From Sphyrna mokarran (Eukaryota): a DNA stretch of 64,000 nucleotides. Location: positions 35,154,001 through 35,218,000 of the forward strand of contig JAGIQG010000013.1 in NCBI GenBank assembly GCA_024679065.1. Direction: 5' to 3'. A model generated the notes under the pieces. The model did no database searches, was not told where the DNA came from, and worked only from the letters and a program-made list of their open reading frames with translations. The translations under genes and the position numbers were made by a program. Positions 23,041-36,499 of the stretch are shown here, in pieces. How positions within the stretch are numbered: position 1 is the first letter of the stretch; each line of letters begins with the position of its first letter.

Positions 23041-23330
23041 CGAGTGACACGGTGGCACAGTAGTTTGCACTGCTGCCTCACAACACCAGGAATCTGGGGT
23101 TCAATTCCTGGCCTGAGTCACTGTCTGTACAGAGTCTGCACATTCTCCCCATGTCTAATGGGTTTCCTCCCACAGTCTGAATGATGTGCTGGTTAGGTGC
23201 ATTGGCCATGCTAAATTCTCCCTTAGTGTACCTGAACAGGTGCTAGAGTGTGGCGACTAGGTGATTTTTCACAGTAAATTCATTGTGATATTAATGTAAG
23301 CCTACTCGTGACACTAATAATTAAATGTAA
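23041..23330 (+). mobile_element. V-SINE, alternative tail
   Basis: acacggtggcacagt head through gcctactcgtgacactaataa. Confidence 0.85.
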
Positions 23331-26131
23331 AGATGAGGGAAAACATTTTTATCTCACAGGACCGTAAGTCTATGGAAGTCCCTTATAAGGCAATAGAAGC
23401 AGAGTTGATGGGCACTATCTTACCCGCTGTTCATGTGGCACTCCCACTACAACAAGGTCAGAGAATTTGGCCTCTTGCCAAATCTCCATTTATTGCGGCG
23501 GGAAGGGAATATCCTGCTGGCATGAACGGTGGTAAGATTCCGGCCTTTGAATATTTTTAAGGCAGAGGTAGATAAAATTCTTGATAGTCAAGGGGGTTGA
23601 AAGGTTATCAGAATGGGTAAGAGTGTGGAGTTGAGGTTACAATCAGATCAGCCATGATCTTACTGAACGACAGAGCAGTCTCAAGGGGCTGAATGGTCTA
23701 CAGTCCATACCAGGCATGCATAACTGGTAATAATCACCATTTAATCCTGCCCAATTTATTTATCTTGTGCAGCATAATTTGAATTTGCCTCCTAGTCTGA
23801 ATGAAAATTAATTTGTCTGCTTAGCTGCAATCCTGTGTGATTGGGTCGTAAGATTAACAAATTTACTTCTTCTTGACATGCTGAAAATTAATATAGGGAA
23901 GAATCAAAATGAATAACGGGATCATACTGAGATGTTTACGTGTATTGCCTGAAGCGAGGATTTCTCATAATTGGAGCAAAGGAATGCTGAAAGAAACTAT
24001 GCTCAGATCAATATCACTTTGTGTTAATCAGGCATTAAAGAATGCAGATATTGTCCACTGGGTGGCATCATTTCCCAATTTTTAAACACGTTCATCGGAT
24101 CTCGCATCAAGAGTATTTCGTATTCAATGTTACGCTACGTTGCTTACAGTAAATCAGGGATTTTGAATGTTTGTTAATTCGTATCATCAAGATCCAAGAC
24201 TTTTTAAAACTAAAGCACAACACTGGTTATGCTGGAAATCTGAAATAAAAACAGAAAATTCTACTCTTCAGGTCAGGCAAATGTTAAGGACCTGAAACAT
24301 TAACTCTGTTACTTTGCACGGATACTGCCTGACTTACCGTGGCAAGTTAGCATTGGGTAAATCTGGGAGTGTTGCAGAAGGCTGGGGTAAAGTGGTGCAG
24401 TTAGGGCCTGGAAGCACTAGAAAAAAATGACCAACATATTGTGAAGGATAAGGGTCCAGACTGGAAGGGGAGATTGTATGAAGACAGGGGCAATGATTCT
24501 GATATACAGAGGCTTGAGGGTCTATCATCAATAAGGTGGTTTTGGCATCAGGGAACATTAACAATTTTGGACACAGGAAGGTAGAGGGATTGGAATCTGG
24601 AGAAAGTCTAGGAGTGAAGCAAGCCAGAGAAAGGGCAAGGAGCGCTGACTTAGATTTATAAAGTATTTCTTTTGTTTTGAGAAATGAGAAATTGTCAAGT
24701 TTCTCTTGAAAGTGACTCACCAGGGCCTAACTCCATGAAAAACACAATCCCTTCAATATCTCGTCGATCAACTATTTAAGCTGAAACCATTAGCAGGAAA
24801 TCCAGTCTTGTCATTTGTCAACACACACACACCCAATCCCAGTCCCACCGGAATTATTGCACAGTCAATGTAGTTATGGAATATCATCAGATTGTCTTCT
24901 CAACTTGAGAGAATTAGTGTTTTATTTTCTTTTCTGACTAAAATTAGCTCACTCTGTACAGACCAGACATCACATCTGGAAGGTCCCTATTCATCAACAT
25001 TTAATTGACTTTTTGCAATTGAATTGTTTGATTTTTTAAAAAAATCATATTTTGTGATTAAGACCATTAATCTCGTCGTCACAAAGAGCTGCATCTTCCT
25101 GTGGCCTTCAGGCTCCTGACCTGACACTAATTGGGGTGTCCAAGTACCCACTTACCAACAACAAGTCCAGCTCAGCAATCTTTTTGGAGACAGCTTCCTA
25201 ATTGCCTACCTCTGAACTGACCTTCCGAATAAAGATGGAATGGATGGATTCTCAACGGTGTTGGCCCAATCAAAGCTTTGGAGAAGTGGGTGATTCTGAG
25301 GAAAGTTGGAGATCACAAAGGACGCCACAATATGAAAGCACTCCATGGGGAGATGGTGGCACTGTGGTATTGTCGTTGACTAGTAATGCAGAAAGTCAGG
25401 GAATACTGTAGGAACATGGCTTTGAGTCCCACCAAAGCAGATGGTGAAATCTGAATTCATTGGGAGGCACTCCAACCCAGCATGAGATGCCTTCTCTAGC
25501 TGCACAACAGAAAGAAGAGCAACTTCAAGACCGCAGGTCCATAGGAATGGATGGGAAAATACCTTTGAAAGATGGATTGGTTGAAATTGCAGCCGTTATT
25601 GCACAAAGCCCATGACTGAAGTCTGGAGCCTCTGGCAGCAATAACCTTCCTTCACCGCATTGCCCAGCTGCTTCCATGGTGAACTGTGGATGGTTGGCAT
25701 TTTACCAGCAGTAATTCACTGATAAGGCTGAAAAGTTGGTTCCCACTGGAGTGTCAATCACCTGAACTGACTGCCCATTGTCATGATGTGACCAACTCAT
25801 CCTCCTCCCAAACTGACTCAAGAATACTTTCTTCGCTGCTGCCATCAGACTTTTGAATGACCGACCTTGCACTAGGTTGATCTTTCTCGACACCCTAGCT
25901 ATGACTTTAACATCACATTTTGCACTCTCTCTTTTCCTTACCTATATACAGTATGTTTTGTCTGTATAGTGCACAAGAAATAATACTTTTCATTGTATTT
26001 CAATACATGTAACGATAATAAATCAGAATCAAATCAAACTGCCTGTGGGAAATTTCCCTGACATTCTGAATGCCAGAGCAATACGGCTCTCTCCTTTTTC
26101 CCTATCCTTGGCCTTCAACTGTATCGATGGC

Positions 26132-26433
26132 AGTCGTGATGTGAAGATGTCAGTGTTGGACGGGGGTAAACACAGTAAGAAGTCTCACAAGACCAGGTTA
26201 AAGTCCAACAGGTTTATTTGATGGCAAAAGTTACTAACTTTCAGGGCTCTGCTCCTTCACCAGGTGAGTGGGGAGTTCTGATCACAAACAGAGCATATAA
26301 AGACATATGGCCTCTTTGTCATCAGAACTCCCCACTCACCTGATGAAGGGGCAGAGTCCCGAAAGTTAGTAACTTCTGCTACCAAATAAACCTGTTGGAC
26401 TTTAACCTGATGTTGTGAGACTTCTTACTGTGT
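26132..26433. mobile_element. Palindromic non-coding Penelope pLTR element with hammerhead motifs
   Basis: Inverted arms cacagtaagaagtctcacaa...gttctgat and atcagaac...ttgtgagacttcttactgtg around a centre near 26300, with a one-sided tail gatgtgaagatg...gggggtaaa. Confidence 0.88.
26336..26372 (+). ncRNA. Minimal hammerhead ribozyme motif
   Basis: TCAC-CTGATGA-A-GGGGC(AGA)GTCCC-GAAA-GT-TA-GTAA. The core is intact; the helix-III palindrome and helix I each carry one change. Confidence 0.65.
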
Positions 26434-27930
26434 CCAACAATATCTGCAGGGGGCTGAGAAAATCCAGCCCAAAGGGATTTTTTTTGAAGTAGGGACCTAA
26501 ATGGTTAACTACATGGCCTTTCTGTTTATATAAGCAGCTTGTATCTTTTTTATCCTGTATCATTATCCTGACTATAATGTTTAACAATGCTCTGGCTGAG
26601 ATAGAGATTACAGAAACAGCAGCCTGCCTTGAGTTTCACAGGCAGAGGTTCGCATTTGATCTCATTCACACAGATTCCTGCAGTGAAACAGCTCTTTATA
26701 CCGTTCACTTTGACACTTCCTCTTATCAAGATCCTCTCACTTTTGCCACTTCCTTTTCATCCACCCTCAGTAATTACAAGGATTATTCTTAAACTCAAAG
26801 TAATTTTAGTAATTTAATGATGAGTATCATCGCACACTGTGCAAACCCATGCTTTTGTAGAGTAGGGCATTTTACTTCCCTTTGGAGCTTTTATTGTATT
26901 GAAATGTATGCCAGGAAATATATGTATGGAGAAAGAAAAGGAAAGCATGCAAGATTTGGGGTTGTTCAGAAAATGATTAAATTACTGGTAAATATATTTT
27001 TAAAATCTGGGTATTAATTTATTTAATACATCAATGACCCAGATTGCTGTCGTGTTTGGAGGATGTAGCAATAGGAGTGGTTAGGAGTCGTCTGGATTTG
27101 GCAGTCTCCAGCTGTTTTAAACAAGGAGCCCACATGCGAGTCCTATGGGACTGAAATTCTGGATTTGATAAAAACCAGCAGCCAGGATTAGTATAACAAA
27201 TTGTACATTTTAATCTGTATGTAATGGTTAACTTGTGTTTTTTTTATGGCTTAAAGTAGCATATCAGTCAGCATCCACGGCCACATATGGCAGAATTTTC
27301 CCATCCTACCTACCACAGGAACCATAGCAAGTCAAGGGAGGGGGAAGCCATGTAAAGGTCTGTTGATGTCAAGTGGGATTTTCTGGTTTCAGGGCGAGTG
27401 TGGCTGGAACATCCCAACCAGCCAGTCTTTTAAATATTATTATGTCAGAACAATTGGACAATCGCACCTTTCACGCACGGAAACTTTCCTTTGTAAGTGA
27501 GTGGATGGGATTTTAACCATTCTCCACTCACTGTATTTTGCCAGGAAAAGTGTCCTGCTTTTATGAGGAGATGTTGCTAAACTCAGTTTGCTGTATTTTT
27601 GTAAAGACTCGTCAAATAGACTCTGCAAATTGTTTTTGTTTGCTGCAGGCCCTTCCATAAGCCTTTAATTCATTGGCAGAGACAGTGGGCAATGTTTTTC
27701 AAATGGTGCTGCCCCGTCACCAAAACAGTTGGCAGGTGAATGCATCCTCAATGCCGTCACCAACAGTACAGCCATTTAACAACCAGTGGAGTGAGATTCA
27801 ACCAGATGGGTCCTCCAGCCCCTCACACAGAGAGCGGCTGGTCAACCTGAGTGCCCAACAGCCTGTAGACCCACTGAAGCAACAGGAAAGGTGGCCGCTG
27901 CCAGGACTATACCTAGTCCCTGGATTATAT

Positions 27931-28219
27931 GTTTAAAGTTTGTAGAGTTTATTTATTAGTGTCACAAATAGGCTTACATTAGCACTGCAGTGAAGTTATA
28001 GTGAAAATCTCCCAGTTGCCACAAGCTGGCACCTGTTTGAATCCACCTAACCAGCATGTCTTTCAGACTGTGGGAGGAAACTGGGCACCTAGAGGAAACC
28101 CACGTAGATATAGGGAAAACGTGCAGACTCCACACAGATAGTAACCCAAGCCGAGAATCGAATCCGAGTCCCCAGCGCCATGAGGAAGCAGTGTTAACCA
28201 GTGTACCACTGTGCCGCCC
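27931..28219 (-). mobile_element. V-SINE, alternative tail
   Basis: Reverse-complement head, core and tail as in the other copies. Confidence 0.85.
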
Positions 28220-30899
28220 TACATGTGCTGGGAACTGTAGGACTAGGTACAGAGGTTTCAAGACTGGAGGATGTTTTTTAGGAAAGGGGGTGGTGGTCAG
28301 ATTGGAAAAATTAGGGGAGTGGCGGCATCTCAGTGGACCATGGGGGAGTATGTGGAGGTCTGATAAGGAAAGGGACCCATGAGGGAGGCATCTACATTTT
28401 CCCTCCCTCAAAGCTTACGCAAGGAATCCTGTTGGGCTTTCTTGCCTGTCTTTGACCTCCTTTTGCCAGCTTCAAAATTGAGTCCAGGGTGGGAACCCCC
28501 TTAAGCCCTCAGCTGGAGTATAGGGAGAGGCTTGATCCCACCTGCCCTATCCCTCCAATTCACATATAGCTGGGGAAAGTCGCCCATGGAATATTATTGG
28601 TGCAGTGCCCTGCAATTCAATCCGTGGCTTGGAAACAGTCAATTTCCACCTGACAAGATAAGGGTGATAATAAGCATAAGCAGAACATTTTTCATCTCTG
28701 AACACAGACATGTTAGCTGTGGAGTCTCAGGAGGAATCTTGGTTTTGAGGTTTAATTTTATCAAAATAACCAGATTCAATCACAAATAACTTTGCCCTTG
28801 TACAAGATTGACTATCCCTTCAATACTTATGAATGGACATTAATTTAGTTATAAGAATTGTAGGTGTCTATGAGCTTTGGTTTGTGTCTAACCTATCAGC
28901 CGATAGGACTTAAACAAGACTGGGGAGTTAAAATAGTCTGTGCCTTATTTCTGGAGCAGCAATTAAGTTTCCGACTGAACTCACTCCTAAGTTCCCGTTG
29001 CTGCCCTTCTTGAGCTAGTAGCCAGAAAAATGGATTAAAGCAGCTTAAAGCTACTGCTTACATTCAGTGACGCATGCAGAGAGTGCATTGTTATCCCCTC
29101 TCTTCCATACTAAACACTGGATATATTAAATCACATTGGTTTTTTTAATAATAGTTTTGAAGGAAAAGTATTAAGCTGATAATTTAAATTATACAAGTTA
29201 TTCCACAGGAGGAGCAATTGTTACACTTTAATTTTCATTAAACCTGTGTCTGTCCTGTATTCTTATGCAATTATAAAACATGCAATCAATGGAAAAACTT
29301 AGAAAGGAGCTTGGGTGCCAGGATTGCTTTAAATAGGTTTTAAGCACTAACGAGAGTCACTCTGAGATAATTCTTTTGATACTATTCTGCTATTCTGATG
29401 TGAAAGTCTGCATTCCAAATGACCAATTTAGAGCAAAATGAGCAGGTTAATGCAATGAAAATTATTACCACGATCCAAACTGAACAGAAGATTTACAAAT
29501 GATTTTTATATGTCCTGACATTTGCAGTCCCAGTACATGTGCTGGAATTTTCTGAAGTTTTCAATATAACCCATGGGAGTTGAGTTATATTCTTATTTCC
29601 CCGAAGGAAATAGGCACATGGCTGATTTACTCCAGTTTTACACCAATTTACCCACTGCACATGAATTTCTTCATTTGCATTTCTCCTGAGCTCCCGCTGG
29701 AATAACTCAACTTAATTCATTATCATAACTCTGCCTCTTTGTAGATGATTAGAATTTTCTGAATTCATGTCAGTTCAGAATGGGCATAAATTTATGCCAT
29801 AAGCACTAGTCCTAGCAAGACTTAAAGTCACCATTCCTGGTGGTTTATAGAATTTTTTCATCAGCACCCCATCCAAATGGTCAACTTAAACATCTATTCC
29901 ATTCCGCATCAACAGAAGATCATTCCTAAATATAATATGGACAGGATATACTACTATAAACCATCAAGACCTGTCTGGCAGCAACAGACAAACCTGTGAT
30001 TTCCACCACATAGATAGACAAAGACAGCATGTGTCACAGAGACATAAAGATTTACAGCACGGAAACAGTCCTTTTGGCCCAACTTGTCTATGCCACCCAG
30101 TTTTTACCATTAAGCTAGCCCCAATTGCCTGCATTTGACCCATATCCTTCTATATACATTTTACACAAGTAACTGTCTAAGTACTTTTTAAAAGACAAAA
30201 TTGCACTTGCCTTGTGCATGGGAACACACAATTTCGACTTAGACATAAATCATCAATCCAATGTCATTGCTGGATGAAAATCTTGGAAATTCCTATGGAG
30301 CTTTATAGGAATACCTTGACTACAATGGCTGCAGCAGTTTAAGAATGCTGACTGCCACCATCTCAAGGGCATTTAAGGATGTACAGTAAATGCCTTAATT
30401 ACTAGCAGTACCTGTAAGCAGTCAATTAATTAAAATACCACTTAATGGACTTTTAAGAAACAAGTAGGCAAGTTCTTGTCAACAAATGGGATTCAAGGTA
30501 ATTAGAAATGCAGGAAGGGAATTCTGCGGATGGGTGAGCGAGGCCTTCTACCTAAAGCTATTAACTTACTTCTATTACCCAGCAGAAACACAGAGGATGT
30601 TAAAAAAATTAGTGATTCATACCTCACTTAAGAGATTTCAGGACAGAAATCTAGATGTAACACTTTGGCTGGAATTGGTTAGCCACACTGCGATGCATTC
30701 CCCTGCAGGGGACCCAGTTAGCCATACAGATGGACACTGACTGACCAGATGATCCTGCTGGCAAGAGGGGCTGGAAAATTCTGAGCTTCAATGCAGGACT
30801 GAAGAATTGCTGCACCATCAGATGTGCCTTGCTTTAGATAAGGCATTAAACTGTGGCTTTATTTGTTCTCTCATGTGACTCGTCTACACATCCCGTTGT

Positions 30900-31220
30900 C
30901 TCGGGAAAGCAGCCTGTACAATCAAGGACCTGTGAAGGGCCCACACATCCCGGAAATACTCTTTTCCACCTTCTTCCATTGGAGAAACAGATACAAAAGT
31001 CTGAAAACATGTCCCAACCGATTCAAGATCAACTTCTTCCCTGCTGCCATCAGACTTTTGAATGGACCTACCATATATTAAGCTGATCCTTCTCCACCCT
31101 ACTTACAGCTACAACACAATATTTTGCATCCTATCCTTTTCCTCTATGTATGTTATGTCTGTACAGCACAAGAAACGATACTTTCCACTGTATTCCAATA
31201 CATGTGATTAAATTAAATCA
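30900..31220 (+). mobile_element. Rex1/Babar-type LINE 3' end (similar ends at ~5240-5406 and ~25790-26040)
   Basis: RYKSLKTCPNRFKINFFPAAIRLLNG plus tail atacatgtga...aaatca. Confidence 0.8.
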
Positions 31221-34020
31221 TGTGGATATAAAAGATCTTGTTGCGATAATTTGAAAAGAGCTCCCAATGTCCTGGCCAAATTTTATACCTCACCATCAAA
31301 ATGGATGATGTGGTCATTTAATTCAATACTATCTGTGGACAATTGTTGTGTGCAAAGGAAAACGACCTTCGGTGGGAGGGAAGAGCATTTTCCATTTCCA
31401 TAAACTATCCTAAGTAAATCAGAAGAAAAAAAATTGATAGGTTCTTATGCATAAATGGGGATGAAGCACCAGCTAAAAGACAAAAAACTTTTCAAGACCC
31501 ATTATTTTATTAACAACAAAATGACAAAAGGTTTCAATCAAAGCACAATCACGTTTGAAATTTTCCATTAAAATACTTTACATCACAAATGAAGTTCCAC
31601 AGTATCATGCATTACTGATACATTGAAAATACCTAAAACAAGACATCCGTCCAAACAATGAGAAACTGGGAATATCCCAACACTTCAGTATAGAATTGTT
31701 TACTTTGATCATGGCTTGGAGTAAAGATTCCCACCTCTCAATATCAAATTTGAAATCAGGTCAACTGTAAAGCAGGATATGCTGGAAGAAATGCCTGTTC
31801 ACAGGAAGCTCATATGTCTGACTGGTTGTGTGAGAATTTTATTCTTTTATCATGTTAGATACATTCACCTCGCAACCATTTTCCCCAGTTAGAAGTAAGA
31901 CTAAATCAGAAGGATCTCATCCCAGTGTAACATTTCTACCAGCAGGCAGTGCAGGGACATTCTGTAAGTTATTAAGAAAATATCAATACTATAGTTATGA
32001 AGTGTAACAATTTCATTGGATGAAAACAATACAAATTTACCAAATTAATCAAATAGTTTTACATGGTGTGCACAAGGTTGACACTTCTGATTGACTGTAA
32101 AGCTTTCAGACAGTTTGAACAAAGTAAAATCAATCGGAATTGATGCACAATAATGTATTGCAAGGAAGCATTTTCAGTTACATCACAAGTCAGAAGTTAC
32201 AAGACGTTCCACTGGAGAAGCTAGAGGACCAATACAACCAACTGATCACAGTGTATTCAGTTTTAGCGACAAATGATCGTTCTTGTACTTCAGCTGTAAT
32301 TCATGTTTTGTCTTTGCAAATCCACAACTCATTTGTAACCATGTGGCTACATTTAAATCAGTCAATGTAGTTGCATTGTGTCAATGAGATGAATGCATTT
32401 CTAAGGACATTTAGAATTTCCTACTTTTCCCCATGCTGAACCTTATCAGGAAAATTTTCACATTCACTGTGGTCATAATGGCAATAAACTGATGGAACAT
32501 CAAACATCCAACCCACCTGAATTTTATTCCACTGATGGGTTCTATAACAGAGCGACAGAGTAGTGATGAGGTGTGGATAAGCAGTGTGGAAAAGGTTGCA
32601 TTCCATTTCAAAAATTACTACCCATGTGGGGAAGCTGAGAATATACCCTTTGCTGTGTGATTATCTACCTGAGCATTGAGAAAATTTGCAAAGATTGCTT
32701 TGCTATTTGCTGATTGAAACACACTGCTTCATGTGCCATTACCAATTACGTTAATCACAGGCTCTGCTCAAAAGCATTTTAAACATTTAAACTCCAATTT
32801 TAAACTGGAACAGTTTCAAAATGTGAATGAGTTCTTTGAAAGTGCAATAACTAGCTGACATTATACTTAACAACCAGCCCTATTCATCAGTAGTAACATG
32901 CTGATACAATCCCACAAAAGTATTTTGGTAATATTTGCACGCGGGGAAGAATAAGTCAGTCTTAGATACAGCAATCAGCCAGATACAATGGTCAAATCAA
33001 TCTTTACGAGCATGCTTATTGCACTTGAACCTGCACTGGTACCTTGTTGTCAATTCTTGCCAGCACACTAAACAAATTGATGAATACTTAGAAATTTTCA
33101 CATTGAAAATTGAAATTATTTTAAACTCGAAAGAAATCTTATGTATTTCGTTTTGTCTCAACATCCACCTTTATCCCCAGGTCTGAAGATACAGATAACT
33201 AGGCTGTTTGACATCAGGCTTGACTCTTTCCAGTTAGTGTTCAATTTTAGTAATGACACTGCTAATGGGAGAAATCTCTAGGCTGCTATATGTTATACTA
33301 TAATGCCGTAACTACTCATATTCACTTATGTGGTATTAATTTTTACCAGAAATACCTAAGCCACAAAATATTTTTTATTAAACTTTAACTGCACTAGAAT
33401 GGATAAAAGATAGAGACTTAGTTAAGTATAAAATATTGTGGTTACTACATGATTAACGCAAGCATTAATTTTTAAGGTGTCTGCTTCCAATACCTGTCAT
33501 GTTTAATTTGAATTTGACCATCTTTAATATGGTGCAGATGATTATTATTTAGCATGAGTTGAAGCATTTCGTCTTTGAAATTGAAATTTACAAAGTGAAA
33601 GAAACAGATGAAGGGAAAGGATTGAAGTGAGATTTGCTGCATTTCTCCAGTCAAAAAGACTTGGGCTAATCCCCCAGAATGATGGATGATGTGAGAACTG
33701 GCAGACTGAGGCATTAGTTGAAAATATCTTATAATAAAATGGACTCAGAGATACAAATACCATTTGAATGGCTCTTTTCCAATCTGTCTAGCAAGCACAC
33801 TAGATTTTGCATTGAAAGGAATTTGAACACCCTGTGGAATCACACAAACTTGAAAGATCTGATTGGAACTATAGCAAATATCCAAAGTTTCCCATTTCAG
33901 ATGCCTATTCTCCCTTCACACACACCCGTATGTAACCTTTAACATGAAGGTTATTGATAAAATAAATAAGGACAGAAGGCTGACATAAAAAGCACAGATC
34001 TGAGATAATTGGCAAAAGAA

Positions 34021-34600
34021 CAATTTAGGGAGAATTTGTTTTGCCAATTAGTCTAAGAGCACACCTTTGGGATGTGGGAGGAAACCGGAGCACCCGGAGA
34101 AAACCCATGCAAGCACGGGGAGAATGCGCAAACTCCCACAGACACAGGCCCAAATCCATGTATCTGCACAGCACAGCGATAGTCACTGAGCTATTGTGTT
34201 GCCCATCAAATGGCCCAGGTCAAGCGTACACTAATGATGTGAAGCACCAGGATACTCTTGAAAACATCCAAGAGCAGCCCTCTCATGACCCATTGCGTGT
34301 ATGCCCCTTGTTAGACAACACAAGGTGGACCAAAGCACCTGTAGGATAAAAACAAATAAATCAATATCATCATCTATTTACACACTTCCCAGGGACTCCC
34401 AAGGCTTATGATCCCTATTTTAAATCAGTTTTCTATATCCCTCCATTCCCATTCTGTTCATGTGCCCATATTGGTTTTTAATCCATAGATCTATAAACAT
34501 AGACAGGGATCACGGGTAGAGGTGGGAACATCGGGGTGGCGGCGCAGGCTTGTTGGGCCAAAGGGCTTGTTTCCCATGCTGTTTTGTTCTTTGTTCTTTG
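34021..34600. mobile_element. Composite CR1-tailed retroelement (copy 2) with 5' inversion
   Basis: 34021-~34467 is on the minus strand, including the CR1 ORF2 end GHMNRMGMEGYRKLI* (34467-34420). ~34468-34600 is the 3' tail on the plus strand. Inserted in an older CR1 (ggcaaaagaac|caaaggggaaatgagg). Confidence 0.8.
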
Positions 34601-36246
34601 AACCAAAGGGGAAATGAGGCAAGCTCTTAAAACATTTCTTGTTAAATAGAAAGCATTGCCTAAAAGTTGGTGGAAGTAAATTCAGTAGCAGATTTCAAAA
34701 AATAAATTGGAACCATCCTAGAAAAGGAACAATGAGCTGGGATAGGGGAAAGAATAAGGTAGTGGGGCAAATTGGTTAGCTGTTTGAAAGAACTGTCAAA
34801 AGTATAATTACCATCTTTGTGATTCTGTGAAAACAATTCCAATGAGGTGGTAAATGAACTACTCCTCAGATGAAATGAACATGATGAAAAAAGGCCCAGG
34901 CTCAATTAATGGAATGTACCTAATTAGTTGATCACTTGCTTATGACAATAGTAACCAGAGAGCCTGATTCAAAGTGGGGGGAATAGCCAGGGTGACTCAG
35001 GTCAGAAAATGTGCATGAAATTTCACTGAGAATAGATTCAGATACAGTTCTTCTGCCATTCATAATTAGACAGCCTACAGAAAGTTATCAAGGGTCAGAT
35101 TTGAGAAGCTGGAATTCTCCAATGTTGAATTTGGTGCTCAGCGAAATCTCCATTCATTGCAGTGGGACTGAAGAATCCTGCCCAAAGACTATTATTTATA
35201 TGGGATGACTAGCTACTTGCAATAGGAGTACTGGGAATCTGTTCATGGAACTGTTTTCCAGCAAGATTCAGCATCCTCTGGTGAGATGGGAGAAATGTAG
35301 ATAACTAACAAGCAGAAAAAAATAGAAGAACTGTATATTTTTAGACTGACTCAAGTGTGAAATGCCTTTGGCTCATCAATGTCTGTTCACTGATACAGAG
35401 GCATTGTAATTCACTTCTACAGAGATTATAACCAACTCACCAATTTAAATTCATATTTAAGGGGAGAAATACAGTAAAAATTTGAGCTGTTTTCTTATTG
35501 GAGATTTTAAGACAAATATTTCTTGCAATTGTGAGGAAAACAATATTGGATTCTACAATGTTGACAGCTTTTCTATCACATACTATATTTGAATTGCCTT
35601 TTTATCTTGTCCTGCTGCTTGTTTGCCAGATTCAACATTCAAACCAAAATTTTGCCATTTGTTTTCTATTGATAGTATCTTTTCCTCAACAGTTCACAAC
35701 TCCCTTTTTTCATTTTCACTGAAAAACAATCCCTCTTTGCACAGATAGTGAAAATATACAAAACATACTGATTTTTTTCAACTCTTGGAAACTTGCAGCA
35801 TCTGCAAATTGTGATCCATTATCAGTTTCCCTGCAGGTTATGGTGATGAATAGTGTACATCATTCATGTCATCACACCTTCATTTAAATATTAATTAAAG
35901 AGTACGCTTGCGTGACTTGTATTGCGAGAATATTGCTGAATATAGGATTTCCCTGAAGTGTGCAATGAAGCCCTAAGCACCAACTTTATAAAATTGTCCC
36001 TTTTACATTTCTGCTCAATTATTTGATCCATACTGCATAGAAGAACATGCATTTGCTGATGCTCTGAATAACTCCAATTGCAGTTTGTTTTTTAAAGCTG
36101 CAGAATAATCTTTAAATTTGTGAAGCCCAGCTCAGAAGCAGTTTTTTACTCAGCCAAGATTTAAGTACTTTATACCAATATTGCAACTTTATATGGCTTC
36201 AGTGGTGCCAGGTGTTGCATTTCATAAATATCCTGGGGGGGTATGG

Positions 36247-36470
36247 GGGTTGGTTAGCTCAGTTGGCTGACAATTGGTTTGTGCAGAGTGATGCCAACAG
36301 CACAGGTTCAATTCTTGTACTATCTGAGGTTATTCAAGGAGAATAACCTTCTCAATCTTGTCCCTTACTTGAGGTGTGGTGATCATCAGGTTAAACCACC
36401 ACCAGTCACCTCTCTCTCTCTCTCTCTCTCTCAAAAAGGGGGACAGCACTCTCTGTTCCTTTGGGATTTT
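36247..36470 (+). mobile_element. tRNA-headed SINE of a third family with an internal (CT)n
   Basis: A-box-like ttagctcagttgg, B-box-like ggttcaattct, then ttaaaccaccaccagtc and (ct)n. Confidence 0.55.
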
Positions 36471-36499
36471 GGTGAATTTTGTTCATAGGTTTACAGGTC

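Larger units (their letters stand above)
22770..23700 (+). mobile_element. CR1 3' fragment carrying three nested insertions (two MITE-like, one SINE)
   Basis: LIEMYKILR and FKAEVDKI plus the cagatcagccatgatct tail, interrupted at ~22826-22962, ~23041-23330 and ~23409-23547. Confidence 0.75.
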
